Below, piece by piece: positions 25,196 through 37,590 of a DNA stretch of 64,000 nt (its first letter is position 1; each line of letters begins with the position of its first letter). This DNA is from Curvularia clavata (lineage: Eukaryota). The translations under genes were made by a program, and so were the position numbers. Location of the stretch: contig CP089277.1 of NCBI GenBank assembly GCA_023920165.1, forward strand, positions 434,001 to 498,000. Reading direction: 5' to 3'. A model generated the notes under the pieces. That model searched no databases and was not told the origin of the DNA. It saw nothing but the letters and a program-made list of their open reading frames with translations.

Positions 25196-26157
25196 CTAGA
25201 AGCGGACTTTGGGGCCTACAAAAACAATCAAGAATGCGATCAGCCATAGCCCACCAATCATGCCATAGAGCTTCATTCGATCCCACCAGCCCTTGCCTTC
25301 AGTCATCTTCCGCAATGTGCTCATCCTCTTACTAGCAGCATCCATATTCAGCGTGTTCTTGTCCAGTCCGGCCAGTGCACGGTCTACCACATTCTTGTCG
25401 CCCTCGAGTGTATTGCTAAAGTTGATGGATTGTTGCTTCAGCAGCTTCGCCATATCGAGGAGGCTTGTCGTGAGTGTTTCCTGTTCGTTGCGTTCGTATG
25501 ATAGAAGTGCCTCGGCCTGCGCATGCGGTGACTCGCCTGTCGTCGTTGTAGGTTTGGAGGGGAAGAGAGAGTTGCCAGAGGCTGCTTGTGCCCCGGATCC
25601 TGCAACATCAGCTTCTGGCTTGCCTCTCCGTCGCAGTTCTGACGCTAATCCCTGTGCCGCGGTCTGGAATGCTTCGTTGTTTCCTCCTGACCCTGAGACA
25701 TCCCTTCCAGCCTCTGTCTTTACTCTCGGTGCATATGAAGGGAATTCGTCTGCGTCTTCTTCGTCTGAATCCACAGACGCATTCGATTCTGTATCATCTA
25801 GCTGGTTCAGCTCATATATTCGCTGGTTAAGCTGCTTTATGAGCTCGCGTTTGTGTTGTAGATCGGTTTGTAGTTCCGCTTTCTTCGACTTCGAGGGTAT
25901 TGTCGAGGCAGAGTGCTCGAGATTGAGCAGCAATGTGCGCGCATGCTCAATATTCTAGAGATGCGTTAGCGAGTCACAGTTGCGACATTGGAAAACAGGC
26001 TCCAGCTTACTGCGCTCACGCGTGCCCGCTCATAACTGGACTTTCGCAGCTCTGGTGACGGATCTGCCAGTACTATTCGATCTAGCCTCGAGAGCAAGCG
26101 GTTGAGGTTGATGTTATTAACGTCGCCAAAGCCTGGCGAGCGGGATCTGGCAGCCAT
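25196..26157 (-). CDS. USE1: Use1-like ER SNARE (C-terminal SNARE coiled coil + transmembrane anchor); intron 25955-26010
   Basis: N-terminal INLNRLLSRL; coiled coil EQETLTTSLLDMAKLLKQQS...L..D..V..N; C-terminal TM segment ending FVGPKVRF. Confidence 0.75.
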
Positions 26158-26732
26158 CACTTGCTTTGCTACGGTCTGTGGGTTGTTGGCGCGACTTTGG
26201 CTGGAAAATGCCCTGCGTGTAGCAAGGCACTGCAAGTGGGAAGCAGTTCTAGTGTAAGTCCTGGGCTGTGTAGACAAGGGAGTTTATTTTGAAGGCTACA
26301 ACTTAGGCGGAAGAGGAAGTCTTTGGGCGCGAACAGACAACAGAGAAATGTGTTGATGGACACTGTGGTGTTCTAGCCACAACGTCACTGTCAGAGTAGC
26401 CAATAGACTGTAGCCAATGGCGACATGGCGGATCTCCCCGCAGTTGCCCAGCCTGACCCTGGCAGCGAAACCCACATTTCACTCATGGTCATGTTCGTAT
26501 ATCCCAGCCACGGGCTTATTTGTTCATTATCGTTGAAACTGAACGCTATTGATATAATACATGCTCGGACATGCGCTTTACATTGCGATTTATCCTTTTC
26601 CGACTCTTTGAACAATCACCAACTGTCGCGTGACAATGCTACGGTTTGCAATGCTCAATTTTATGTTCTCCTTCATTCCTGAACTCCATACTTAAACACA
26701 AGATCGTGCCATAAGGTTGATGTGTCGTAAGC

Positions 26733-27168
26733 TTATGAGGATCCGTTCTTGGGTTGTGATTGCAGAGGACCACGTGTGAAACTAGGGAGAGTTAGTGCTG
26801 TCTTGAGAATACAAGCTCATCAACATACTTGTTCCACCAGGTACCGAGAATACCGGGCTTTCCATATGCGTCGTGGAATGACTGTCTCCTGGCCACGCTC
26901 TCCTCGTCCTGACGACGCTTGAGAGCTTCTAAATTGGCGAACCGCTGTGCTGCCGAGGACTGGAATGTGTCAGTTACAACAGTACATCAAAGTAGATATT
27001 CAAACCTACTCTGCGACGTCCGTTAAAAGAAGAGTCGGATCCAACTGAAGCATCAGATGATCGACGCTCGTTGTCTTGCTTAGGAGCCTCTGGCATGGCG
27101 GGGGTGGGATCATTGCCAAAGATCTTGTGAGTTTGAGTGGAATACTTCTGGTGGAATGGAGAAGTCAT
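26733..27168 (-). CDS. Small (~112 aa) Ser/Arg-rich fungal protein of unknown function; introns 26960-27009 and 26782-26828
   Basis: Two canonical introns give a continuous frame MTSPF...RRRSSAAQRFANLEALKR...ARRQSFHD...PGILGTWWNNFTRGP...*. Confidence 0.8.
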
Positions 27169-30100
27169 CTTGGAAGATAGTACAAAGGTAGTTGAGTTTG
27201 GTTGAGGTGATGGATTGTCAATGAGATATGCGATAGTGCAGCCTAGACAACGGGAATACAGCCCATTCATAAATACTTCCTCAGCTTCGTGCTGTCAAGC
27301 ATGCGATCGTATGTGGCATGACCATTACGCAGACGATATGTGATCGTACCAATCAGTGAAGGGCCTAGTGCTCCCCCGCATTCTGACAGTGCAGTTCGGA
27401 CCCTGACCAGCAGTAACAATGACATGGAGGGCAAATGAGAAGCGCTAGACGATGTTTGCTTTTGCTAGTCAAAGCTAATGGGGGCTTCATGGCGAATGAG
27501 CTTCTGATGGCTGAATGGTCCAAACATGGATGCTAGCCAGAACGTTCGCCTGCACGTGACATCGATCTTCAGTGACAAGTCGAGGCATCGACGACCGTCT
27601 GCAGGGTCTACCGACTTGAAGATAGATACGGCTTCACCCATCTCCAGGGGCATCAAACCACAGTCGACAAAAGGGTTACCGATCGCGCTAATTTTTGTAA
27701 GTAGATCGTGCCGTCCGGGGGCGAGGTGACCGCCGGTCGGAGCTCCTGTTGATCCTTTGGTAGTCGAACAACGGTCTACTTGACCGAGAGTTTGAGGTAA
27801 AGCGGCTACGCGTGCTGTCGTATTCGTCAAGTCACCCGCTGGAACCCCTCCGCATTGTATAACGCTGCACGCTATGACAGCATCAAGAACCTTCTACAGT
27901 ACGTAGATAGTCAGGTCTCGTGCAACTGTAATTCCGTGGCACCCTTGATGTCATGTCTCTCGGAAGTGCCGCTGGGTTCCGTCGCAGTACATTGTAGATA
28001 AGGCATGTTGTAAAGAAGCTAAAAGACCTTAGCCGTCTGAAGCACAGTAGCTATGGCGATGACGTCAACGGCTGACAAAGAATGCCGCCTTACCGCTTTC
28101 GCTAAGCGAACAAGCGCAAATGTCTTTCGCCCTCGCGCTGCAGAGCTGTCTCTTCCTCAAAGCTCACCAAGGCCGAAATGATGCTTGCCTCTGCAAATTC
28201 GACCGGGCCGGACACGACCTTGACCAACTAACCTCGTGTCTATATCTATGGCATCTGCGGCCGTGGCGCCGCTCTTTTAGAGTTTGCGGCTTTCAGCCGT
28301 TTGGTTGGGTGCTGTCTTGGTCTCCTGAGGCAGAGTGACCGTTGCTGATGCAGATCTTTTCGGACGCAGAGAAGCCGGGCCGACAAGCAAGTCCCTCGCT
28401 TCTCGCTGCACGTGTCGCAGCTCGCCCTTGATCCTTTAATGCACAAGGTCGCGCTGACACTGCTTGTATCACCTCGACACCAGCACCGGAATCAGGTTTT
28501 TCAACACAGACTCACAACGCAGCTCCAATCTCGCAACCATGGCATAGGCCAGCAAAGGTACGTGGAATATTTGTCAACCAGCCCTTCCCCTTCGTATGAT
28601 GATACCACAAATTTAAAGCATAGTTCATCTTAGTCCAAAGGACACTGAGGAACCAAACAGCATTGTCTTTCGCTCCTATCTGATCATATTCACAATTCCG
28701 ATCCCTGTCATTGGTCGTTTGTTGTTGCAACAGATTCTGACTCTTAATAGGTATAGACTTTCCAGCAAACGAGCCACGTTGCTTTGAGCATTGTAGCGCG
28801 GCAGGCGTTTGCCACCAGGGGCGTCCTGTCAAAGCCTCACTGGCGTACATGTCATGGCTCAACAGACACGCTTTCATGGTGTGCCTTGGACATCTGCCAA
28901 CGACATGTGTGTCACATGACGTTATAGTCCTTGGCTCCGTCCGTATGGCGACAAGCAAGGCAGATGATATCCTGGCTTATTCTGAAGCACAGTCACTTGT
29001 AGCCCTACCCGCGCCCGTGCGCCAATATCAGTGAGAACTGATTTTATTTTATTTTTCCTAAGAAAAAGAACAAAATCTCTCAGACGGTGGTGCCGAGCTT
29101 TGCGGATGCGCCGGGTGAAGGGAGTACCCAGCCGGTATCCCGTGTATCAATCAAAGAACTATTGCGCGGCCGCTCACCTTGCCGCATTTTGGGCAAAGCT
29201 CAGCCCACCAATGCTTTTGCTGAAATGATTCGTGGGTATGGCTTCGGCACACTTCAGGTTTGTTCTCGTTGATCACGAGGCTAGACGAGGGTGTATCCAC
29301 TGGGCACGCGTTTGGCTGTGGCATTCCCTGAATTTACAATGTGACGGTGGTATCGAGCCGCCAGCCGGCCACGCGGTTGGTGGTCGGCTGCGACGATCAC
29401 TGCTCCCTTGGCCTTCCCGCCAGGCCCCCTGGCGGCATTCCAATTTCACGATCCCCATTTTAAACCAAGAGCGACAGGAGTATGTATTTGGCCGACGCGG
29501 AAGGCTGTCCTCCGTCTGTGAATCGCGAGTGTGGAAAAGGTCGTTGGTGAGCCGAGCGTCGTGTCTGTGACGTTAGCGCTTGACTCGGAGTGATAAGAAG
29601 TGCATCTGTCCCAACCCGGCCGCACACGCAAATTTGTCCCATTGGCTTCCAAGCCGCCGAAGATTTTTACTCGCGGGACTTTGCGTGTGGGGCCCTCTCC
29701 TATGCGTTGGCATTCAAACCAAGCCACCAGCCGCCCGTCAGCACTCCTCACCCGCATATTCTCAGCTCGCTCGCTCCCTTCCTCCCTCCTCATCTTCACA
29801 CCTTTCACACACGACGACTACAATCGCACTGCCAACAAGCAGCACTAGCAACTCTTTTAGAGACGTTTGCTTATCTGTCAAAATCGACACCGACAAAAAA
29901 TACAAGAGCCCTTGCTCAGGATGACAATTCGGAGCCCAGACGGAGCCCTATCCAGGTACTTACTGCCCAACGGTTTCCTCCCCCCAAAAACTGTTTTGCT
30001 TTGACATTTCATATCCAACTTACTACTACCACTTCTTGTTTTGCTACTATCATGTGTTTCTTTCCTATTGTTTTTGTTTCTTTCTGTTCAGCCTAGCCGC

Positions 30101-31249
30101 CATTACAGCCCAAGAAGGATTTCCCAAAGGATGCCACAGGATTCTCTACCCAATGGATTTACCGCCCCGGTAAAGGACAACCACAAGGCCACTTTTCTTC
30201 AGTTTTACCAGGACCACATATTCCCAAGGACAATCTTCCCAGGACACGAGGCACGTAGCACACTGCCCTTGCGGTGTTTGTAGACACGACAATCACGAGG
30301 TGCCTCGATGCCCCCGATTCAGAGCTAAAATGCAGAGCTCTCGAAAAGGCGGTGAACATGCGAGAGTGGATCCTCGGTAATAATGATGCCCAACACAAAC
30401 TATCGATCAAAATTCGACAATACCGGCATGCAGCCCCGCATCGCCGTAGGGATCACGTAGGCACCCAACAATGTCGTTCTGTATTATGTTCAACTAGGCT
30501 TCACGACGAGCGACTGGTAATGTGCACGCCATATCCCAAGGGACGCCAAGCCATGGACCAGAAACTCCCGGATCAGCCAATGGAAATCGTGACCCTGGTA
30601 TATGCTCGCCCACATGCCGGATTATTCTCTGGAAGTTGACCCATACCGGCCACGGCTATGGGTGTCGAGAAACTTTGGACGGACATGAAGTACGTACATG
30701 GGCTGAAGTCTGCCTATCCTCACCAACCCGTTGATCGCAACTAACTTGGGTGTTGATTAAGGAACACATGCTGTTCTGCGTCGCCTTCTATGCTGGATTG
30801 ATTGCCCTGGTCTTCTGCGCACTGCTTCTACTGGACCTGGATATCTGTTCCTCGCCTTGCACATGGTCACTTACTCGTTGAACTCATCGGTCTCGGACGT
30901 GGGCAATAATATGGATTCCTTTCCGGTGATGCTGACCCTGCTGGCTCCTTGAGGTGCGTGCGCCTCACATAATACCCGTATACCAGCCAATGCTAACGTG
31001 TCGTTTTGTACAGACTTCCCTCTGGCTACTGTACTAACATGGCTATTTCCTTTGTATTAAACTATTGTCTTGTCATTGAGGTTTGCTGTGCAAATGTGCT
31101 TGGTACTGACTTTGGTGTTTAGCGACTCTTTCTTCGATTCACCACCGGAGCCCGCATTCTACATCTCAAACATTACTGAGTGGAGAAAGGAGATCCCCAC
31201 GCCTGTTGTTTCCGCGCCGGACTTTCCTTTCTCTTCAGATCTTCAGGAC

Positions 31250-32780
31250 ATGAGCACATCAGAATTCTTCGAGCTGAAGGACACTGTTTCTGAGTGCAGC
31301 ATGGACAGCGCATACCAGAGCCAGAGTGGCGCCAGCCGGCGCGGACCCAGGAAGCCAGAGATGCACCGCCAGGAGAGTCAGATGAGCAGCCACTTTGTTG
31401 GCAGCGACATTTATTCACCGACAATGAGCTCGGACAACTTCAGTGCTTTCCCAGACACCCTGGACATGAGCCACGTTCAGCCACCTGCCACATCCGGATC
31501 ATGGGAGCCCACGGATGGATCCCTCTCATATGCTAATTTCTCTACTGCTCAGGACTATAGCCACTACTCCACATCGAACATGACCCCGCACTGGCCATCC
31601 GCCGATGCGCAGTTTCAGAACAACACATTCCAATTCTCGTCATGGCCATCGCACAGCGTAAACGATGCCATGTTCAGCACTCCTACCTCTCAGCGCAACT
31701 GGCAGAGTACTTCCATTGACGCCTCTGAGCGCCCTCCTGCCGCACGCTACTCATCATACAGCTTCCAAGAAGAGTCTAGGCGAGCATCTACACACGATTC
31801 AACCTTTGGTGCATTCGTCGGAACCCCGACGAGCACCACCAGCGCGCACTTCCCTACAGTTGATCTTGAGCAGTCAAGGCTTGCTGAGTCTCGGTAAATA
31901 ACCTTCCTTTTTACCCATGTTACTAGTTTTAACCCCATGTGAAGCAGCGAGAACGGAGACAGGAAGGCAGTATCTGCACCTCAGTCGTTGGACGAACACG
32001 ATGACACCCTCTCTCAGTCCGAGTCTGCTGAGACTAAACTCGAGGAGGAGCGCACAAAGGTTGCTCGCAGCCACCCTCTCTACCAACAGACTCCAGACAA
32101 GGACGGCAAATACCACTGCCCTGAAGAAGGCAAGGCTGGGTGCAGCCACAAGCCAACAGCTCTAAAGTGCAATTATGAGTATGTCCGGTGTTGCTCTACC
32201 TTGATTGTCCATGTGTCTAACGCCTTGCAGCAAGTATGTCGACTCTCACCTCAAGCCTTTCCGTTGCAACAAGAAGACTTGCGTTGGTGTGCAGTTCTCT
32301 TCCACTGCATGCCTTCTTCGCCACGAGCGGGAGGCTCACGGTATGCACGGTCATGGAGCACGGCCACATCTGTGCCACTTCAGGGACTGCGAGAGGGCGG
32401 TGCCCGGCCACGGCTTCCCTCGCCGTTACAACCTCTTTGACCACATGAAGCGAGTACACCAGTATGATGGGCCGACCACCGAGCCTTCGCCGCTTGTACA
32501 GGGACAGCCTGCTCGCAAGTCTTCTAGCCGCAAGCGCAAGGCGTCAGCCGAGGAGTCTGGAGAGAAGCGCGCCAAGGTTGTGAAGCTTACTGCCGAGCAA
32601 CAGCGCCAACAGCGCCGGGAGGCTCTTGCTAAGGAGTTCCTCGCCAAGAAGCAACACATCATTGATGTGCTGACCAACTTGAGCAACCCAAGTGACCTCG
32701 GCGACGATATCCAGCTGACAAAGGAGGTTGTTGGCCTTCACGACATCTGCACACAATACCGAGATGTCTTCGGTGGCTGA
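31250..32780 (+). CDS. C2H2 zinc-finger transcription factor; introns 31894-31944 and 32179-32230; true start uncertain
   Basis: Three fingers: YHCPEEGKAGC...DKYVDSHLKP, FRCNKKTC...LLRHEREAH, HLCHFRDC...LFDHMKRVH. Basic NLS RKRK. Confidence 0.9.
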
Positions 32781-34295
32781 ATGAAGCACGCGTCTGGCAG
32801 AGGAGGTCTGCCGTGACGCATCCAAGTAGGTTTGTCGTTGCACCAAGGATCCCCCTCTGCTTTTGCTTTTTCTTTCAACACATGCACATTGCGTTTTGTT
32901 TTTCCGCATTTTCCAGAAGCCGGATGGGATTCCCGCATGCCTGCGGATGAAGGACCATGACTTGCCACAAGTCTCGGATGGATGCCCATAGCCCTGGAAG
33001 GATCAATACCCCCGGATACAAGCCACAGGAAGCATAACCCCAAGGTCTTGTCCCAGCCGTGGACTCGGAAGCCGAAGGATCGCTGTTCAGCCGTCAAGGC
33101 GACAGCAGAGAAGCCTCTTTGAGGGGCAGATGGACTGCGGTCCGGCTCATTGCAATATGGTTGGCATGAGTCCTGGTTGATGTATGAAGCTAAATCATCC
33201 ATTGTACATGGAGGGGCCGACGATCAGGACCCATGTTGTATTTTGTTTATTCTATTTATGGCGTCAAAGGTACTTAGACAGGAATGGGCAAGGAGGGGGT
33301 GACCACTCGCGGAGGTCAGTCTTGTAAAGGCCATCATTGCCCGTTCATCGGAAGTTGGTGGCCCCCCCTCCTTTGGTTATTTGTATTTTGTATTTTAAAA
33401 TAGAGCCTCCTTATTCTACTCGTTATCGATGATACCCAATAGATATTGCCACCAGAAAGAAGTGCCACTTGTTGAACGCTGAGGAGAAGCGCTGCTTGTA
33501 CCTTACTCGCCCCTCAGTCTTCGGGCGATACCCAGCTCCTCGCAGTTGCCCGAATCGGGCCGAGTCCGATGTTGTCAACCTGCAAGTTGTGATGTGCGCC
33601 GCCTGATGCAGCACTCAAGACCGACCCATAATACGTCATCATCTGTCAGCCAGGATCAAATGTGCTCTGACCTCGAATCGCATCATATCGATAAGCTTTC
33701 GTCCGTAGTACGCATCATCGGCCAGCAGGAAACAAGCCGAGGCAGCTAATATTGCTTGTCGACCCGCATCTCGAGGACTCCCTGCATTCCAACCGGCCCC
33801 CGGCAAACTAACAGCTTTTCGTCTCGGTGTTCCGTCCCTAGTGTGTGCAGCGCAGGACGGCCACAATTCAAAGCCATCACGGGTCCGGCGGGGTTTATTT
33901 TGACAGCAAAAGGTCCGAACCATACAAGACATACTGGGAGCCCGGCAGATTAGGGAACATTGATCATGGCATTGTGTAGGATATCCGATGTGGGCGGCGC
34001 CGTCGTCGCCGCGGCCGTAGCTTCCGGTGTACGATCACATGTTGGCAGGCAGGGTGGTGGTGGTGGTGCACGCGTGGTGGGGAGATTAGGAATCGGACGA
34101 GGGGCTAGAAGCTTGAGCACAGCCCCGCGTTGTGTCGCGACAAACCTGCGACCAGACTTAAACTCCATACGTCCTACGACCACTACTTTTTCTGCACCTC
34201 ATACTACTACTACCCTCGACTGTCTGAGTACCGCGCGATCCGAGTTATACAGAACAAACACTTTTCCGAGTCACACGAAGAGAGAATACGCAACC

Positions 34296-35109
34296 ATGGC
34301 TTCTGCGACGAGCTTTTTCGACTTCAAGCCCAAGGACAGTATGTTTGGCCTCTTCCGCTCTTTGCTCTTCGTTCCCTTCACACGGGTAGGAAGAGGGAGT
34401 GTGTGTGTTTGTCTTTGCTATACCGCATAGCACACCAACCTCCCCTTCTACCTTTCTCGCCTCCCACACCCCACCGACGTCATCCGCCCCTTCTCTCCTT
34501 CTCATCCACGAGCTCCGTAACTAACCACTCCCCCGCTTACAGAAAAGGGCCAGCCCTACGACCTCTCCAAGCTCTCAGGCAAAGTCGTCCTCGTCGTCAA
34601 CACGGCCTCAAAATGCGGCTTCACACCCCAATTCGAGGGCCTCGAGAAACTCTACAAGGAAATCAAGGCTAAGCACCCCGATGACTTTGAAATCCTTGGT
34701 TTCCCTTGCAACCAGTTTGGTGGCCAGGACCCCGGCTCAAACGATGAGATTCAGGAGTTTTGCCAGATCAACTATGGCGTGAGCTTTCCAGTGCTGGGAA
34801 AGATTGATGTATGTCGTCACCCCTCTTTTCTCTGACTTTTCTTTTGTTTATGTGCATTTTTTTTTTCGGAAGTTTTCGTTCAGTATATTGACATGGCGAC
34901 TACAATAGGTCAACGGCTCCACCGCGGACCCTGCATTCGAGTGGCTCAAGAACGAGAAGCCCGGTATTATGGGCCTCAAGCGCGTCAAGTGGAACTTTGA
35001 AAAGTTCCTTGTTGGCCGCGATGGAAAGGTCAAGGGCAGGTGGGCTAGCACGAAGAAGCCTGAGGATCTCAAGGCGGAGATTGAGAAGGAGTTGGCGGCT
35101 GCGAAATAA
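34296..35109 (+). CDS. HYR1: Glutathione (phospholipid hydroperoxide) peroxidase, Hyr1/Gpx3-like; introns 34339-34542 and 34809-34908
   Basis: [25 protein letters not shown] and KWNFEKFLV signatures after splicing. Confidence 0.95.
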
Positions 35110-35351
35110 GCTAGGAGAAAGTGATACAATGATGGAAGGAGGAGGGAGAAAGAGGAGGTTGAAGCCTAGTTTCTAATACTCGTTTTGGAAGAGGGCATTG
35201 ATACCATACTGCGAATAAAATGAAATTGCTATTTACTTTATTCATGGGGAATCGTGGTGTCTATGTTGTAATTTCTGTTTCTGAATTCAGGTACGCCTCC
35301 TCGCCCCTATGTAAACGCCCATTCTCACCCAATTCCCTAAATAAGAACCGT

Positions 35352-36647
35352 TCAATCAAACGGTACTCTCCTCAAACCCCTCGCACCCCCTTTCCTTGCC
35401 TCGCCCTCCGCGCCCACCGCCGCCGGCACACGTATGCCACAGCAATCGCCCCAGCCCACACTCGCATGAACATGTCTCTTCCCTGTCTCATCATCAAACA
35501 CTTTGACCTCTCCGCCATCTTGCTCATTCTCCTCGGCATCCAATCCCGCCTCCTCCTCCGTACTCATACCCTCGGTTGCCGGGATCAAGCTACCGAACAG
35601 AAAATGCTGCATAACTGGTAACTTCTCCATAATCTCCTTGCGAAACATCTTCCGCATCCCAGACTCAATCTTGGCCCAGTTCTTCGCCGAGGAGATATCG
35701 TCGAGCATGGGGGAATGCCAACGCAGCCCTTCTACATTCTTGACGCTATTGACGAAAGCGATTTGGTCGAGGTAGAGGTAGTTTTTGCCTTCCTCTTCTA
35801 GCACGAGCGTGTTGTGGATGGATTTGGGCGTGATGTAGGGATGGTGCAGGAGCTGGGCTGCGCCGAAGAGGAAAGGTAGGAATTGGTAGTCATCGAGGCC
35901 CCAGACGCCGTGGGAGCCCGCAGGCTCCAGGTAGTATGCTTCTTGGATGCGGCGCATGAGGCGCAGGTATGCGGGGAGAACGATAAGGGCGAGTGCGGGG
36001 AAGGTCGAGGTAGGGAGGTCTCCCAGGCGGTTGAGGCATAGCAGCCATAGGAAGAAGTTGAGTTCGTGACCTGAGCCGTAGTCGATGCGTTGGCGGTTGC
36101 CGAAGGAGTGTCGAAGGTACGTAGATATCTCGTCGATTTGCGATGGGTTGGTCAGGCCCAACTTTGCGTGCCAGGCTGGTAGTACTTTATCCACTTCGTC
36201 GAGAAATGTGCGAAACACGGGGTTTCCAAAGCGCGAGCCAGTGTCTTCGGGTGGACATGTTGCCAGCACTTTTTCTGCTTCCTGGAGTATCTCAAGTATT
36301 GTTTTAACGGTGGCTGTTACTTCTTCTCCATCCTTGACACTGGATATGCTCCTATCGCGAACGGAGTCGGCGATACCGAAGATGAAGGCTTCGACGAGCG
36401 TACATGTCTCGCTCTTCAGAAACAACTGGTGGTCTTCTGGGCTCAGGATGCGGCGTGACGGCCGAATGTACGTATGTTGTGCTAGGTTTGGTGGCACCGG
36501 GAGCGAAGGTGTCGGCGGGGGAGGGGCAGAAGGCGGTTCTCGCGTCGCGGGGGCGCGTTTACGCGGAACGAGCTTGGGCAATTTGGCGCTGAGGTCTGGG
36601 GGCGCTGCAGGAGCATCCGGCGAGGATGCAGGCTGTGTTTGCGTCAT
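35352..36647 (-). CDS. RRD2: PP2A phosphatase activator (PTPA family), probably Rrd2/Ypa2
   Basis: RFGNP.FR, RIDYGSGHELNF, LEPAGSHGVWGLDDYQFLPFLFG and KLPVMQHFLFGS motifs. The paralog call rests on the C-terminal GDCCGI..P...PFD tail. Confidence 0.88.
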   Translation of the reverse strand: MTQTQPASSPDAPAAPPDLSAKLPKLVPRKRAPATREPPSAPPPPTPSLPVPPNLAQHTYIRPSRRILSPEDHQLFLKSETCTLVEAFIFGIADSVRDRSISSVKDGEEVTATVKTILEILQEAEKVLATCPPEDTGSRFGNPVFRTFLDEVDKVLPAWHAKLGLTNPSQIDEISTYLRHSFGNRQRIDYGSGHELNFFLWLLCLNRLGDLPTSTFPALALIVLPAYLRLMRRIQEAYYLEPAGSHGVWGLDDYQFLPFLFGAAQLLHHPYITPKSIHNTLVLEEEGKNYLYLDQIAFVNSVKNVEGLRWHSPMLDDISSAKNWAKIESGMRKMFRKEIMEKLPVMQHFLFGSLIPATEGMSTEEEAGLDAEENEQDGGEVKVFDDETGKRHVHASVGWGDCCGIRVPAAVGAEGEARKGGARGLRRVPFD

Positions 36648-37590
36648 GAGGTCGTTTAATGTGTGCTAGGTGTGTTGGCGTTATGAGGAGATGTTGGAGT
36701 AGGGTCTCAGATGCGGATTGGTATGCTGCGACAGTATGGAAAGTAGAAGAGCGGGCCGTGGCGCCGCGAACACCGTTTATGGTGCCACACATGACGAAGC
36801 ACGCGACAATGCATGTGAAGATTGATCGATCGAAACATCTGGAATTGCTTAACGATCGATTGTGTGTGTGTGAGCATTCGAGCACGTACGGTGATTATCG
36901 CACTGTTTAGTACAACGCCACTTCAGTCATCGTGGTCTTTTGGAACTCGTGCAGTATCGTTGTGTGTAGAGTACTCTATTCGTATTGGGATCCTTCTTGC
37001 TTGATAGGATTCGAGTAACACGTACTGTCAGCTGTCTTTGTCCAGCTCTTCTGATAAGATTTGTTTGCCTAGTTCTACTGCTCTCTTACTCGATGGTAGT
37101 AATACCCTCTACCGTTCCTCCAACAGATATCTTGTAAACCTTGCACTCCACGTCTTCTATGTGTGAACAACTAACAACACAATTGAGAGCTAAGCAATAC
37201 ATTGATTGAATAGAGCAGCAAGGCCTTTTCGGTCTGCACCGATATAGAAACGCCAGATTAACGCCCTTCTATGGGTTTGCCAATGGGCAATGCGGAAATG
37301 CACACCGCCGCCTTTAGTTATCGCAATGCAACCAAACAAAAAGGGAAAGAAACGATCTATCTAGCGCGTATCCAGAATCGCAAGATGATGCCCAATATGT
37401 CCAAAAATGTCGTACCCCAGAACCAAAGAGACCAATTAACTGCTTTATCATGTGAGGGAAACCTCCCCACATGACAAAATAAAAGCCAGTGAGAAAGAAA
37501 ACAAAATAAAAAGGCACAAGGGCTGGATCTTTCATGCAGCTTGCCCGATCTTTGGCAAGACGCCGAAACAAGAACCGAAAGGGAGTCTTT

